From Haliotis cracherodii (taxonomy: Eukaryota): a stretch of DNA of 64,000 nt. The stretch spans positions 22,382,001 to 22,446,000 of the forward strand of contig NW_027266268.1 of NCBI RefSeq assembly GCF_022045235.1. Reading direction: 5' to 3'. The translations under genes were made by a program, and so were the position numbers. Below are positions 47,156 through 60,369 of this stretch, piece after piece (the stretch's first letter is position 1; the number at the start of each line of letters is the position of its first letter). The notes below the pieces were generated by a model. The model was not told the DNA's origin, ran no database searches, and saw nothing but the letters and a program-made list of their open reading frames with translations.

Positions 47156-48789
47156 GTATTTTCCTCGCGCTCATTTTTATGCCAAGGCCTCCATGATAAC
47201 GATCGAGTGTAGTTTTGCATGCCAAAGCTACTGCCATGTCACAGATTCCTGCCCTATCACATGAATAATATTACGGTCTTCTAATGCTATATCGTTATAT
47301 ACTCACATAAAAGGAAGATACGTATATGAATACGGATAAATGTGCTAAAAATGAGAATGTTGAATACAAATATTCAAATTTATCCATGCATTTTCAAGAG
47401 CTTTCTTCCACCGTGAAACAACAAAAGAAAAGGATTTTGGTAGCGTGCCAACTTTGGTTTCTAAGCGCATGCATGTGCAAGCTGATGTAACGTTATATTG
47501 CAAAAGACGAGCTCTGCGCTCGTGCGGCGTTCATTGCACTCTTACAGCCTCGGCCCGTTGTCAGTTTCATCTGACCTACATTCGACGCGCACGTGCGACT
47601 TTCATTCAGGCCGCTGACATCAACGTAAACAAGTGCGCCATCTTGAACATACAGACAAAATAATTGTTAGACACAATGACGTACTTTATACTGTTAAGGA
47701 TTGACACAACTCATCTCCCTGATATTATTTATACTTAATAAATGAATGACTGTATAAAAGTGACGAGAAAAATGACTGGATATATTGAAGCTGCCACATA
47801 AAGCGACAAATTTGGGACGTTTTGTCATTTTACTGAATAACTGTAAAAACAAATCTATTTATGTACACTAAGACGTAAAAACATATGTACTTAATGTAGC
47901 TTTATAAAATTATCGATATATTTGTTTCTAAAAACTGATACCTCTAAAATACAACTGGGCGGTTTTATGAAACAATAGTCACATTTTATTAAGCTAAAAT
48001 GCTAAACACTTTCATGAAACTCGTGACAAAATGATGAACAAGACCCTATAACCCTTCTTGTCCCAAATGAGGATAAAAATGGTATTTGTAGATAAAACAA
48101 AAAAAACAAAACATGAGACTTCGATGCTACGGAATTTGACCCACAGCATTAGGCCACACAGAAAACACTCTAAAAAGAATCTGCAGAAGAATAGATGTTG
48201 GCCAGTTGACGCCGGCGACAGTGACTGCACTTGCTGCTGATGTGACTCCTCGCTACGTATGCATTCATTCACAAGTACAAGTCACACTGCACTGCCGAGA
48301 TCCCAGGCAAGGCCTGGCCATTCACAAAACATCTGGAGCTGATCAGATTAAAACCATCCTTATCCTACCCATCTCTCATCTTGGTTCGTCCCAACGGAGT
48401 GTCCGTTGCATCTGCTCTGGGCGAGTCCATCTGGATAATGGGTTAGGGGAATATCCGACCCTGACCTTTAAAAGCGGCTTGTGGTGAAGACCCACAGTAT
48501 CAAAATAGCTGAAAAATGGCCAGACATACATGTCGTTGTGCAATTTAACTTTTTTTGTTGTCTGCGGGTTTGGCACAAGGGACGTTATTACCTCGCTGTG
48601 CCATTCCGCGAACACAGCACTATAATGGGGATGTTATCACACAGTAAGTGCTGCTATTCAAGCGGTACATCGCAAACATCCCTGTGTCAATGCTGCGTCT
48701 ACTTCTAACACTGACGTGACCGTAGCGACTGCATCTAACTCTCATGTTAAGGTTGCCGTAGCGACTGCTTCTGCTTGTACTGCTACTAC

Positions 48790-49235
48790 ATCCCCCGTAA
48801 CGACTGACTTTACTTCTAACTCTACACCTCCCGTAACGACTGATTTTACTTTTAACTCTACGTCTCCCGTAACGACTGACGCTACATCCAACGATACACC
48901 TCCCGTAACACTGACTTTACTTCTAATGCTTCACCTCCCGTAACGGCTGATTTTACTTCTAACGCTACGCCTCCCGCAACGACTGACTTTACTTCTAACG
49001 CTATGCATCCCGTAACACTGACTTTACTTCTAACACTACGTATCCCGTAACGACTGACTTTACTTCTAAAGCTACGCCTCCCGTAACACTGACTTTACTT
49101 CTAACGCTACGCACACCGTAACGACTGACTTTACTTCTAACGCTACGCACCCCGTAACGACTGACATTGCTTCTAATGCTTCGCCTCCCGTAACGACTGA
49201 CTTTACTTCTAAAGCTACGCCTCCCGTAACGACTA
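48790..49235. repeat. 35-36-bp minisatellite
   Basis: CCTCCCGTAACGACTGACTTTACTTCTAACGCTACG. Confidence 0.92.
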
Positions 49236-49446
49236 CCATAGCGGCTGCTTCTGCTTCTACCGACCATGTCTGTGGAGTATAGGTAACTCAAAACCAATCT
49301 GGATTCACATAAAATCAGCTATGAAATCAGCATCAGGTAAATGAATTGTTTCAAATTTAGGGGAGAGAAGCATATTGTGTAACAACAAATTTCATAGACT
49401 ATATGATAGTCTACCCGCAGGGGTCTACTTCTAGCGGTATAAGCTA

Positions 49447-49495
<49 letters not shown>

Positions 49496-49714
49496 CTGCT
49501 GCTTCTGCTGCTGTTGCTGCTACTGCTACTATACTGCTACCACTACTATACTGCTACTACTATTACTTCTTCTACTACTATTACAGCTACTACTACTATT
49601 ACTACTACAGCTACTACTACAACTACTATTACTGCTACTGTTCCTGCTACTACTACTATACTGCTACCACTACTATACTGCTACAACTATTACTACTACT
49701 ACCACTACTTCTAT

Positions 49715-49749
<35 letters not shown>

Positions 49750-50165
49750 ATACCACTTCTATTACTACTACTACTACTACTACTACTACTGCTACTGCTA
49801 CTATACTGCTACCACTACTGTACTGCTACAACTACTACTACTACTTCTATTACTACTACTACTTCTATTACTACTACCACTACTACTTCTATTACTACTA
49901 CTGCTACTACTACTACTACTGCTACTGCTACTGCTACTATACTGCTACCACTACTGTGCTGCTACAACTATTACTACTACTACTACTACTTCTATTACTA
50001 CTACCACTACTACTACTACTTCTACTACTACTTCTATTACTACTACTACTACTACTTCTATTACTACTACCACTACTACTTCTATTACTACTACTACTAC
50101 TACTTCTATTACTACTACCACTACTACTTCTATTACTACTACTGCTACTACTACTACTACTATTG
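49447..50165. repeat. (TAC)n imperfect microsatellite (similar (TAG)n tracts at ~4110-4725, 20925-21165, 21333-21730)
   Basis: Directly visible in sequence. Confidence 0.95.
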
Positions 50166-50556
50166 CTAGAGGCGACTGATTTGATCGAGTGATCAGGTTT
50201 GGCAACTTGGTGACAGCATATCATTATAACCCGATTGCCTTTGGATTTATCTATCAGTGGTTTGTCAGTCTCGAATATTTACAGGCTGTCGCCATATGAC
50301 TGGAATAAACAAACACAGTCTCTACATTTGCTTCTACGTGCGCTACCAGTGATATTTCTTCTTCTACAAAAGTACTGGTGACACGGGTGGCCCAGTCGTC
50401 TAGGGCGGGACAGTTCTCTGCGCAGAGTTGCGTCCCTTAGGCTTGTCAGAAACATATGATACTGAGTTCGAATCCCAGTTTCGTCGTGATTATGTTTCTA
50501 GGTTTGTCAGCACCATTCCCGTGCTCTCGGGTTTGACCAAAGTACTGCTACTACCA

Positions 50557-51076
50557 GAATAGGTCTTTAGCAACCAATGCTTGCCGTAAAAGGCGACTAT
50601 GCTTGTCGTAAAAGGCGACTAACGGGATCGGGTGGTCAGGCTCGCTGACTTGGTTGATGCATGTCATCGTATCCCAATTGCGTGGATCGATGCTCATGAT
50701 ATTAATCACTGGATTGTCTGGTCCAGACTTGATATTTTACAGACCGCCGTCATATAGCTGGAATATTGCTGAGTGCGGCGTTAAACAACAAACAAACAAA
50801 CAAGCATGTCATCGATCTTAATTGCGTGGAACGATGCTCATAATGTCAATCACTGGATTGTCTGGTCCAGACTCGATTATTTACAAACCGCCGTCATATA
50901 GCTGGAATATTGCTGAGGACGGCGTTAAACAACAAACAAACAAACAAGCATGTCATCGATCTTAATTGCGTGGAACGATGCTTATGATGGCAATCGCTGG
51001 ATTGTCTGGTCCAGACTCGATTATTTACAAACCGCCGTCATATAGCTGGAATATTGCTGAGGGCGGCGTTAAACAA
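50557..51076 (+). mobile_element. SINE-like family A copy with two tandem duplications of its 3' part
   Basis: GCATGTCATCG...GGCGTTAAACAA occurs three times. Confidence 0.85.
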
Positions 51077-51571
51077 GCCCTCGATCGCTTGTCAGTATGC
51101 GAGTTAGTGTGGCTTAACGCTACTTTTAGCATTATTCCAGCCATATCACGGCGGGACACCGAGTTATATCCTTGATGTGACCGAAAGGAGGGGACAACAT
51201 TCCTGTCACGTTTCCCCAGTGCTTGGTCTCATGACGGACACATCAAGTAGTTCGGTGTGCGAAGTCGATGACTATTTCAGCTGTTGGTCTTTTGATCTGA
51301 AAATTCGTCAAATAACGTATACATTTCTTCCTTCTCTTAGTTTTTCAATGGTAGGCGTGGGCTCATTGCTCCTAATACATCGGACCGATCCAACACCCAA
51401 TATATCTTTGTATTTGATGTTCGTTATAGTGAGTGAGTGAATAAACGTTTACGCCGCAGTCAGTAACGTTCCGGATCTACCCCGTATGTCTGTACATGTG
51501 TGTGACCTGGTCAGGCAAAGCAGCTGTTTTTAGCATGATCAACGATCAACGATCTACCAGGCTACAAATTG

Positions 51572-51740
51572 TGAGTGAGTGAGTGAGTATGGTTTTACGC
51601 CGCTTTTAGCAATATTCCAGCAATATCACGTCGGGGGACACCAGAAATGGGCTTCACACATTGTACTCATCTCGGGAATCGAACTCGGGTCTTCGGCGTG
51701 ACGATCGAACGCTTTAACCACTAGGCTACCCGACCGCCCC
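51572..51740 (-). mobile_element. tRNA-derived SINE family B copy (fragments also near 14141-14232, 26405-26537, 52305-52442)
   Basis: Closely similar to 21165-21332. Confidence 0.85.
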
Positions 51741-51876
51741 TTCAGCTTGTGACTACCCTATCGTCAGTACTCGGCTCTGATGTTTGTTTGTTTGTTTGTT
51801 CTTTAACGGCGAATTGGAATAATCGTCAATTTCATTAAAGCTGCAAATTAAGCCTGGACAAAGCGGACCAGTTATG

Positions 51877-52151
51877 TCTGTTTGTTGTTTAAAGCGGCAC
51901 TCAGCAATATTCCAGCTATATGACAGCGTTCTGTAAATAATTGAGTCTAGACCAGACAATACAGTGATTGACGTCATGAACATTGATCTACGCAAGTTGG
52001 AGACGATGAGACGCGAGCCTGACCACCCGATACCGTGAGTCGCCTCTTACGACAAGCATGGGTTGCTGTAGACCAATTCTAACCGGATATTCACGTGGGG
52101 AGGCCAGCATGGGATCATGAAGACCAATACTAACCCGGATCTTCACGGGCC
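51877..52151 (-). mobile_element. SINE-like family A copy with duplicated head
   Basis: Homology; two ACCCGGAT(A/C)TTCACG ends. Confidence 0.75.
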
Positions 52152-53097
52152 ACTCGGCTTTAATGACAAACATGGGATACCGGAGAGTTATTCCATTCTT
52201 CAATCCCAACGAGGTCCAGGTTTCAAGACAAATATATTACCCTAATATTATGAAAGAAATAATATCACATTTAACACGCATTGTATGACAGGTGGGAAAC
52301 TTTTGAGTGAGTATAGGTTTACACTGCTATTAACAATATTCCAGCAATACCACTACAGGGGACGCACACGCTACCTGCGTTGGTAACGCGGACCTTCGAC
52401 TCGACGACCGAACACTTTAACCACTGGGCTACCCATCCACCCGTTTTCTAATAGACAATCGGAAACACTGATTTTAATTTGGCACAATTCGGACAGTCTC
52501 GTGTATGTAGATATGAGACAACTTTTGACAACCCTTGACTTTTCGTGATCAAGCCACTCCATGCAGGGGTCCGTTCCTTTGTGAGATTAGCACAGTTGTC
52601 TGTATGGCTTTAAATATCCCCGATCTTATCTCACCTTTAAGACTCGAGGAGACCACCAGGGTAGTCTGATGTTACATGGGGAAAGCATGACCCAATGATA
52701 GCAGCGTTATCTTGATAACCAAAGGAGTAAAACAGCCCCTTGAACCGCGTTCACTGCCAACAATATGCTTGGCATGGAAAAATATACTAAATGAAATGTG
52801 ATAACCTAAAATATAAAAATAATAATTGAAGGTATGTAGGTGTTTGCTTTGATGGGCTATCGGTGTTTCTGACGCTGTGAATCCAACCTGGAAAACGTGT
52901 TGAAGTGGAGTTTAGTTACGATATCATCACCTTTACACAAGCCAGTAGACAGGTGTTGTGTTTCCTGCGAGCGTACACGCGCTTTCCCCGGGTCGCCCGC
53001 CATCCGTCTTATGTAACCAGGTGTAAAGAGCCAACATCTCGCGGTCATCCTTGCACTCTTTCAAAACCTGTAAGTGTTAAAGCTGCACATCTGCTTC

Positions 53098-53312
53098 TGT
53101 TTGTTTGTTTGTTTGTTTGTTTGTTGTTTAACGCCGCAGTCTGCAGTATTCCAGCTATATGACGGCTGGTCTGTAATTAATCGAGTCTGGACCAGACAAT
53201 CCAGTGATTGATATCATGAGCATCGATCCAATTGGGATCGATGACAGGCATCAACCAAGCCTTTTTATGGCAAGCATTGGTTGCTGAAGACAGATTCTAC
53301 CCCGGATCTTAC
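53098..53312 (-). mobile_element. SINE-like family A copy, internally deleted
   Basis: Homology; (TTTG)n tail. Confidence 0.8.
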
Positions 53313-53515
53313 TTTCGTGATTGAAAAAGTCATAGTCACGAGGGATAACGATTGTGTAAGGTGGCGATTAGCATGACTTAGAAAGATGATAATTGTAGTC
53401 TTTAATGGTTGTGAAAGGTGACAATTGAAACAGGATTATAAAATGATTCTGTATGATACTGATTGAAAAATATAGTTATGACTGTGAAATATGATGGTTA
53501 GCATGATTTCAAAAG

Positions 53516-53850
53516 AGTGAGTGAGTTGGGTTTAACGCCGCTTTTAACAGTATTCTAGTTATATCACGGCATGTCAGCTTAAAGTGGGAGGAAAGCCAGA
53601 AGTGATGCAGATCTCAGACGTTTACCACTTCGGTGAAACCCACGAGCACGGGTATGGTGCTGACAAACCTTGAAACATAATCGGGGCGAACCGGGATTCG
53701 AACCCACAATCATAGATTTCTGGCGTGCTCAAGGGACGCAACTATGCACAGCGAATCGCGGCGCCTAATACGACTGGGCGAACCGGGATTCGAACCCACG
53801 ATCATGTTTCTGGCGTACCCAAGGGAAGCAATTCTACACAGCGAATTCCT
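53516..53850 (-). mobile_element. SINE family C copy with duplicated tRNA head
   Basis: Reverse complement of 57290-57558; GGGATTCGAACCCAC occurs twice. Confidence 0.8.
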
Positions 53851-54149
53851 GCTGCTCAGACGAATAGGCCAATGATCGCGAAACATAATCATGATTGCAG
53901 AGGATTTTATGCTTTACAGATTGACATGATTGTGAAAGCTAGTGATTGAAATGATTGTGAATTATAATGATTGCAAACGATAACGATTGACAAACAAGAT
54001 AATGATTGACATGTTTGTGAAAGACTCACACTCACACTATAACTATATTCTTCCAACTTCCACCATGAATCATAAAATACATTTCAAGCTATCACAAAAT
54101 GCACTGTAAGATATAATAAATTCATCTATTGATACTTCAAAATCGAATT

Positions 54150-54246
54150 GGGGGCGGTCGGGTAGCCTAGTGGTTAAAGCGTTCGCTCGTCATGCCGAGA
54201 TATTGCTGGAATATTGCTAAAGCGGCGTAAAACCAAACTCACTCAC
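54150..54246 (+). mobile_element. Internally deleted SINE family B copy with 13-bp TSD
   Basis: TSD TCAAAATCGAATT at 54137-54149 and 54247-54259. Confidence 0.85.
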
Positions 54247-55799
54247 TCAAAATCGAATTTGTGAGACCAGTCATTATTTTATGTTGTTATGAAATCGAAT
54301 TTGTGATAGTTTTTCTGAAGTATTTTTAATTTTGTGATATTACTAAGTGAATTATTGATAAAAACTAGTGAGTAAATGTTAAAACGTCCCTTTTTATTTC
54401 TGAAACCTTGTCAATCTGGACGACGGTGCATTCCTTTTAAACAGCTGACTAAAACACCACCCAGCCACAGGCACTTCGATAAACACCGTTGATCCAAGCT
54501 GAATTTCATTTCCCGTTCTGACAGCCAACAGCCGGCTACCGACATAAAAGGAGTCACGTTATTTTCTTCATTTAATGGTATTTGCCTATCTATTTATATA
54601 AATATTATTTTATCAAGTCGTATTTAATGTTTGCACTGACACAGAATCAAACACACGACATCCTTTGTAAATTCATAAATTTAAATATTAAATTACACCA
54701 CGGAAAAGTGTGGTTAATTGTCACTACTGTTGACTTTATTATATTCAGATATACTTGCGGTCCTACAATGATTCAATCATCTCCCTAATACAATCGTCGC
54801 TCCCTTTAATAGTTCGCATCAGTTTACATTAATCATAAATATTTCAATAAGGTGAAGTATTTTCGACATTCATATATACTGTGCACTTGAATCGCTGGCA
54901 GAACCCCGAGGGCCAAAACTACCCGCGCTTGTGTCAATACCATTCACATCTTACATACTTGTCAAGTCATTCCCGTTCGGGGTCAAAGGTCATGAAATGA
55001 TGGGATATTTTTACTTCGTAGAAAAAAGTCTAAGCGCCCTGCACGCGATGTCCTATGCTATGGAAATAAGCATCTTTCTTTTCGTTTTCATATATTTGTG
55101 TTATATACAAAACCCGGAATGGCTCCATTGGTACGAAAGAGGATTCCATCTACTCCTTGTTGATCGGAGCTATGCGGGTTTCAATGATGAGTATATTTCG
55201 TGTTTGCATTAAGTCAGTGGTGGAGAGCAGTGTGTTTACTTCATTCAATAGCAAATGGGCTGACGGTGAGAATAAATGTTAGAATACAATGATTTCTAAA
55301 CAGGGTTGCGTGCGGCAGATGTACCAGGTCAGAGGTTAACTGTTGTGGCTGAATTTCACGTTTTCATTTGGAGTAAACGCGAATAGGCTTTAGAAAATAA
55401 GGTGATCCACGCCAATTCCGCGGGTGAAGGGACAAAAGGTGCTGGTTTCGTCTCGTTGGTGGGTCAAAGGGTTAAAATATGAAGATATTTTGAGGCAGAA
55501 AAGCAACATTGGTATTCTGCGTCAACGTTAACCCCTTCCCACCTCTCAGGGCTGTAGGTATAACTGGCTGTGTTCAGAGAAGGTTTTCCAGGAGAATTAC
55601 TTTACGAACTTTTTCTCTTCAATATAGACACATCTTAAAAATACTAAAGGTCGAAACACTCCACAACCCCCGAATAAGTAATATTGATATTAACATTAAT
55701 GTTGTATCAAAACTTACAATATCAATATACAATGTACTTCAACTGGCATCACTAATGTTGTTTTTTGTGCGGTTAGGTCATCTGGTCCGTTTGATGGCC

Positions 55800-56495
55800 C
55801 TGTTGTAGGCCATTGGTAAGAGTTGCTGTAGGCCATTTGTAAGTGTTGTACGTTCATGTGTAAGTGTTGTTGCAGACCATTTGTACGTTAGTGCTATTGA
55901 ACGTCCATTTGTAAGTGCTGTTGTACGTCCATGTGTAAGTGCTATTACATGTCCATGTGTAAGTGCTGTTGTACGTCCATGTGTAAGTGCTGTTGTTCGT
56001 TCAATTTTAAGTGCAATGGTACATCCATATGTAGGTGCTATTGTACGTCCATTTGTAAGTGCTATTGTACGTCCATTTGTAAGTGCTATTGTACGTCCAT
56101 TTGTAAGTGCAGTTGTACGTCCATTTGTAAGTGCTATTGTACGTCCATTTGTAAGTGCTGTTGTACGTCCATTTGTAAGTGCTGTTGTACGTCCATTTGT
56201 AAGTGCTGTTGTACGTCCATGTGTAAGTACTATTGTACGTCCATTTGTAAGTGCTGTTGTACGTCCACTTGTAAGTGCTGTTGTACGTCCATTTGTAAGT
56301 GCTGTTGTACGTCCATAAGTAAGTTCTATTGTACGTCCACCTGTAAGTGCTATTGTACGTCCATTTGTAAGTGCTGTTGTCACCTATAAGTGCTGTTGTA
56401 CGTCCACCTGTAAGTGCTATTGTACGTCCATAAGTAAGTGTTGTTGTTCGTCCATTTGTAAGTGATGTTGTACGTCCACTTGTAAGTGCTATTGA
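55800..56495. repeat. 24-bp minisatellite
   Basis: GTACGTCCATTTGTAAGTGCTGTT. Confidence 0.95.
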
Positions 56496-57289
56496 TTCCT
56501 CAGATGGGTGCTATTTCTGAATCCTGTTCTTTCTGTCGTGGTATGACCAAACTGTTGTTAAAAGCGGCTGTCACCATACCAACTCACTGCAGGAACAGGT
56601 TTAACATCCCTACAAGTTGCACACAAACGATTAAAATACAAATAAACGGCATGCTGCTCTCTTCAGTTGGTTGAATTTAATCCACAAGTGTTTTTTTCAA
56701 TTATGAACCTATTTTCATTTTGGCTGTCATTAAAACAATTATGGTCGCTTGGTGAGCCACGAGCATCCTCCGCAACGTCTGACGGGGACATCCTGACGTT
56801 TCTGACAAGATCGGCCATTTTAACGTGAACTGATTGGCACGGTAAACGATGGCGGCCTTCGCATCTCAAATCTTCCCAGTAGGTGGCGGAGGAACTGGGA
56901 AGGGCTGTCACCCTAGCTGCTTGAGTCATAAGAATGTATATGACACTGCAGCAGCAGTTACACCCGAATCTAAACGTCGGTTAAACCGCGGATGTACTAC
57001 ATGTACCTGTGGTTTAACAAGCCTCGTGACACGTCAACCAAGCTGGACAGCGTCGAAAGTTCAGTTTCTCACAGTTCACGATAGAGACTGTTCCTGGCAT
57101 TGCGGCAATTGCTGCCCTTCTTCCACAGTCATTTCGATAAACCGCTTCCATTGGCCAAATATAACATTGCTCATTTAACAAGAACTACAACAGCTGCTAC
57201 TTCTAGGGCTACTGGTGCTTCTACTAATGCTTATGTTTCAACTACTAATACCCCTGCCACCACCACCACTACTACTACTACTACTACTG

Positions 57290-57558
57290 AGGGGTGGCCC
57301 AGTCGTCTAAGGCGCCACGATTCGCTGTCCCTTGGGCACGCCAGAAACCTATGATTTTGGGTTCGAATCCCGGTTTGACCCGATTATGTTTCTAGGTTTG
57401 TCAGCACCATACCCGTGCTCGTGGGTTTCACCGAAGTAGTAAACGTCTGAGACCTGCATCACGTAGGGCTTTCTCCCAAATTAAGCTAACACGCCGCGAT
57501 ATAACTGGAATAATGTTAAAAGCGGCGTTAAACCCAACTCACTCACTCACTCACTCAC
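57290..57558 (+). mobile_element. tRNA-derived SINE family C (~270 bp)
   Basis: A box GTGGCCCAGTCGTCTAAGGCG, B box GGTTCGAATCCC, tail GATATAACTGGAATAATGTTAAAAGCGGCGTTAAACCCAA(CTCA)n. Confidence 0.85.
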
Positions 57559-58171
57559 TATTACTGCTGCTGCTGCTGCTGCTGCCCACAGTCAGTCTCA
57601 CAGTCCCCGAACCACCTTATTTTCCTTTCGCCCAGCCCTGACCGCACTGCTGCTTCTGCGACTTCTCTACTTAAGCTGCTTCTATCAGGACAGACTATGG
57701 GTTCCATTTTGCTGTACACCTTCCCGCTAATTAATCGTGATGTTAACCCACTTATTCAATTCAAAGGGGTCAACATGAAACCAACCTCATACGTTTCTCT
57801 CGATGCCCTTGGAATGAAACCTTTCTTCGGCTCTTTCGTAAAAGATGACATATTGAACGGGAACAAATATGCTCATATTTCACCAGAGTTATATTTTCAT
57901 ATATCATTCCACAAAAAAAAATCGGCGGAACCACCCAAGCTTCGATTGTGACATTGGGTTGTTTGACAAGCACCTCCTACTTCTGTGTACACAGTGAAAC
58001 ACACGCCTTGAAAATATACAGCGTTGAACTTGAGGACATAAAGACCACGACCAGATGAATTTCGCCATACGTTAAATACTTCAACTCATTTGTACCCGAA
58101 ACGTTAACCCTCTCAATACCAAACCAAGTTAAATAAAATTTACATAAACCAATCCATTTTACGAAAAAGGT

Positions 58172-58395
58172 TTCTTTGTTGTTTAACGCCAATATTTCCG
58201 CTGTATAACGGTGGTCTGAACAAAATCGAATGTAGACCAGACAATGCAGTGATTGATATTATCAGCAACGACCCGAGCCTTGGGGGTACGATGGCACGCA
58301 ATCAACCAAGTCACTGAGTCTGACCACCCGATACAGATAGTCCCCTCTGACGACCAGCACAGTTTGTTTGGGTACCTATGACCTGAATCCCCGGG
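58172..58395 (-). mobile_element. Old SINE-like family A copy (further fragments near 13395-13520, 21817-21903, 31095-31225, 36255-36330)
   Basis: Diverged homology. Confidence 0.65.
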
Positions 58396-58430
58396 GAAAT
58401 TTGAGAGAGACGTCGCGTTGTGTCAAGCAC

Positions 58431-58610
58431 GAGTGAATGAGTGAGTGAGTGGGTGAGTTGGGTTTAACGCCGCTTTTAACAGTATTCCAGTTATATAACG
58501 GCGTGTCAGCTTAATGTGGGAGGAAAGCCCGAAGTGATGCAGGTCTCAGACGTTTACCTTTCGGTGAAACCCACGAGCACGGATATGGTGCTGACAAACC
58601 TAGAAACATA
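58431..58610 (-). mobile_element. SINE family C 3' portion, truncated next to the Tc1 relic (a 5' portion also at 50384-50545, +)
   Basis: Homology to 57290-57558. Confidence 0.8.
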
Positions 58611-59848
58611 GAAACATAAAAGGGACGGTCTCAAGCACGAAGAACTAAAAGTTAATTATCTCCATAACGAACCTGTAGTACGCGTGACAAACTTTAGATA
58701 TAGCTCTCTTTAAAATGAATCATGTGTGACTTCATCATGCCAGCCACAGGCTTGAGTATTGAGCTCCTTACCGGACAACAAGGTCCAGTGGTTTTCTCCC
58801 CTGTAGACAGATTCCTCCCTACACCATAACATCTACTCCACCATACGGTACGATCTCCTGAACGCAACATCAGCTCCTGAACGCTCCCGTCAGCTCTGAA
58901 CAGACAGAACCGGCTTTTATCAGTGAAGACGACCCTCTGACAGTCACGTCGCTGCCAACGAAGTACAATCCGGGCCCATCTCAATCTCTGACGACGATGT
59001 TGCGCTGTTAATAACTGTCCTTTGTAAGGTCTGCCCGCCCTAATTCCTTGAGCCCTGACTCACCTGGCCACTGTCTGTCAACTAACCACAAGCCCTAAGG
59101 CATTCGTCGCTGATGACATCACTGTCAGAAATCGATTCCAGAGATGCAAAGTACGCAAGTACCGGTCTTCATTTGGCGTAGTTACCCTGGGTCTGCCTTT
59201 TCTTGGCCTTTCTGATGCCTGTCCGGCCTGTCTGATGCCTGTCAGGTCTGTCTGTAACATTGCATCAGATTCGTTAACCATAAGCCCTAAGGCATTCGTC
59301 GCTGATGACATCACTGTCAGAAATCGATTCCGGAGATGCAAAGTACGCAAGTACCGGTCTTCATTTGGCGTAGTTACCCTGGGTCTGCCTTTTCTTGGCC
59401 TGTCTGATGCCTGTCCGGTCTGTCTGTAACGTTGCATCAGATTCGTTAAAACGACACGAGAGCAACCGAAAGTTCTAGCAATGTGGGCATGGGTGGCTAC
59501 CATCTGCATCATACCCACTGTCCGCTCGGATTGTTCGAGTATCAGTCGTGGCATTTCTGTGTTTTTGTTTCTGTTTATCAGTGTGAATGTCTGACATGCC
59601 GACCGTATTATTTATAAACCATTATTGCACGTGTAAATCCGACTGTCTAATCGGCACGTGTTTTTTTCACTTTTTAGCATTTTCTACAAACAAAACCGTG
59701 GACGTATATCACTATCTGAATAGATCGTTTTTGTGTTTGGACGATGTGTTTTGCATTGACGTTTTAAATTTGTGTTTTAAATTATTTGCAAATTCATTTG
59801 TAAATTGGTAAAGTGTCTTCTGGCCGTCAGTTTATTTTATGCCCTATA
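58607..59848 (-). mobile_element. Degenerate Tc1/mariner DNA transposon
   Basis: Contains a Tc1 transposase remnant. Ends are approximate (possible decayed TIR TATAGGGCATAAAATAAACTGACGGCC on - at 59848). Confidence 0.75.
58780..59554 (-). pseudogene. Tc1-like transposase pseudogene (HTH domains plus start of DDE domain)
   Basis: MPRL...IARTFGCSR...RYRQTGQASDRPRKGRPRVTTPNEDRYL (paired-like HTH with GRPR linker) and RWAR...VVFTDKSRFCLF (first catalytic D motif). Has an internal duplication, stops and a lost C-terminus. Confidence 0.85.
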
Positions 59849-60209
59849 CATGCGTATCAGTTGGATAAACGTACACTTATGCGCTTATATCGTGAAATAT
59901 AATAACATGTATTATATACCCAGTATGCATTGTTCATTAGGTAGAGGTAGACTCGGGGTCAAGGTTGAGGTTTATGTAGTGTCGCATATAGGTTACCATG
60001 CACCTTGAGTAGACATCAAACATCACTGTGGCAGTCAGTAACATTCAAGTCGCCCCAGTTATAACGTTAGACCAGACCTGTGTTTCTGCAGACAGGTCGT
60101 TTTGTTGCTTAGCGGGCTGTTAATGTCTGACAACTGGTATTGTTATGATAAACATTGTCGATGTGCGTTACAGACATCGTGTCGACCAACGGTGTGCATG
60201 AAGGATAAG

Positions 60210-60369
60210 NNNNNNNNNNNNNNNNNNNNNNNNNNNNNNNNNNNNNNNNNNNNNNNNNNNNNNNNNNNNNNNNNNNNNNNNNNNNNNNNNNNNNNNNNNN
60301 NNNNNNNNNNNNNNNNNNNNNNNNNNNNNNNNNNNNNNNNNNNNNNNNNNNNNNNNNNNNNNNNNNNNN
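60210..60369. other. Assembly gap
   Basis: Run of N. Confidence 1.

Noticed and set aside
48716-49297. Thr-rich mucin-like ORF (PVTTDFTSN repeats)
   Set aside because: 35- and 36-bp units alternate and break the frame; no signal peptide or splice support.
55778-56389. Cys-rich metallothionein-like ORF (CKCCCTSI repeats)
   Set aside because: A 24-bp repeat open in several frames on both strands; starts are not convincing.
56849-57178. 109-aa Cys-containing ORF
   Set aside because: No recognisable family or splice evidence.
57290-57385. tRNA-like sequences (also near 21260-21332, 27284, 29390-29463, 51670-51740)
   Set aside because: SINE heads continuing into SINE bodies and tails; no intact cloverleaf.
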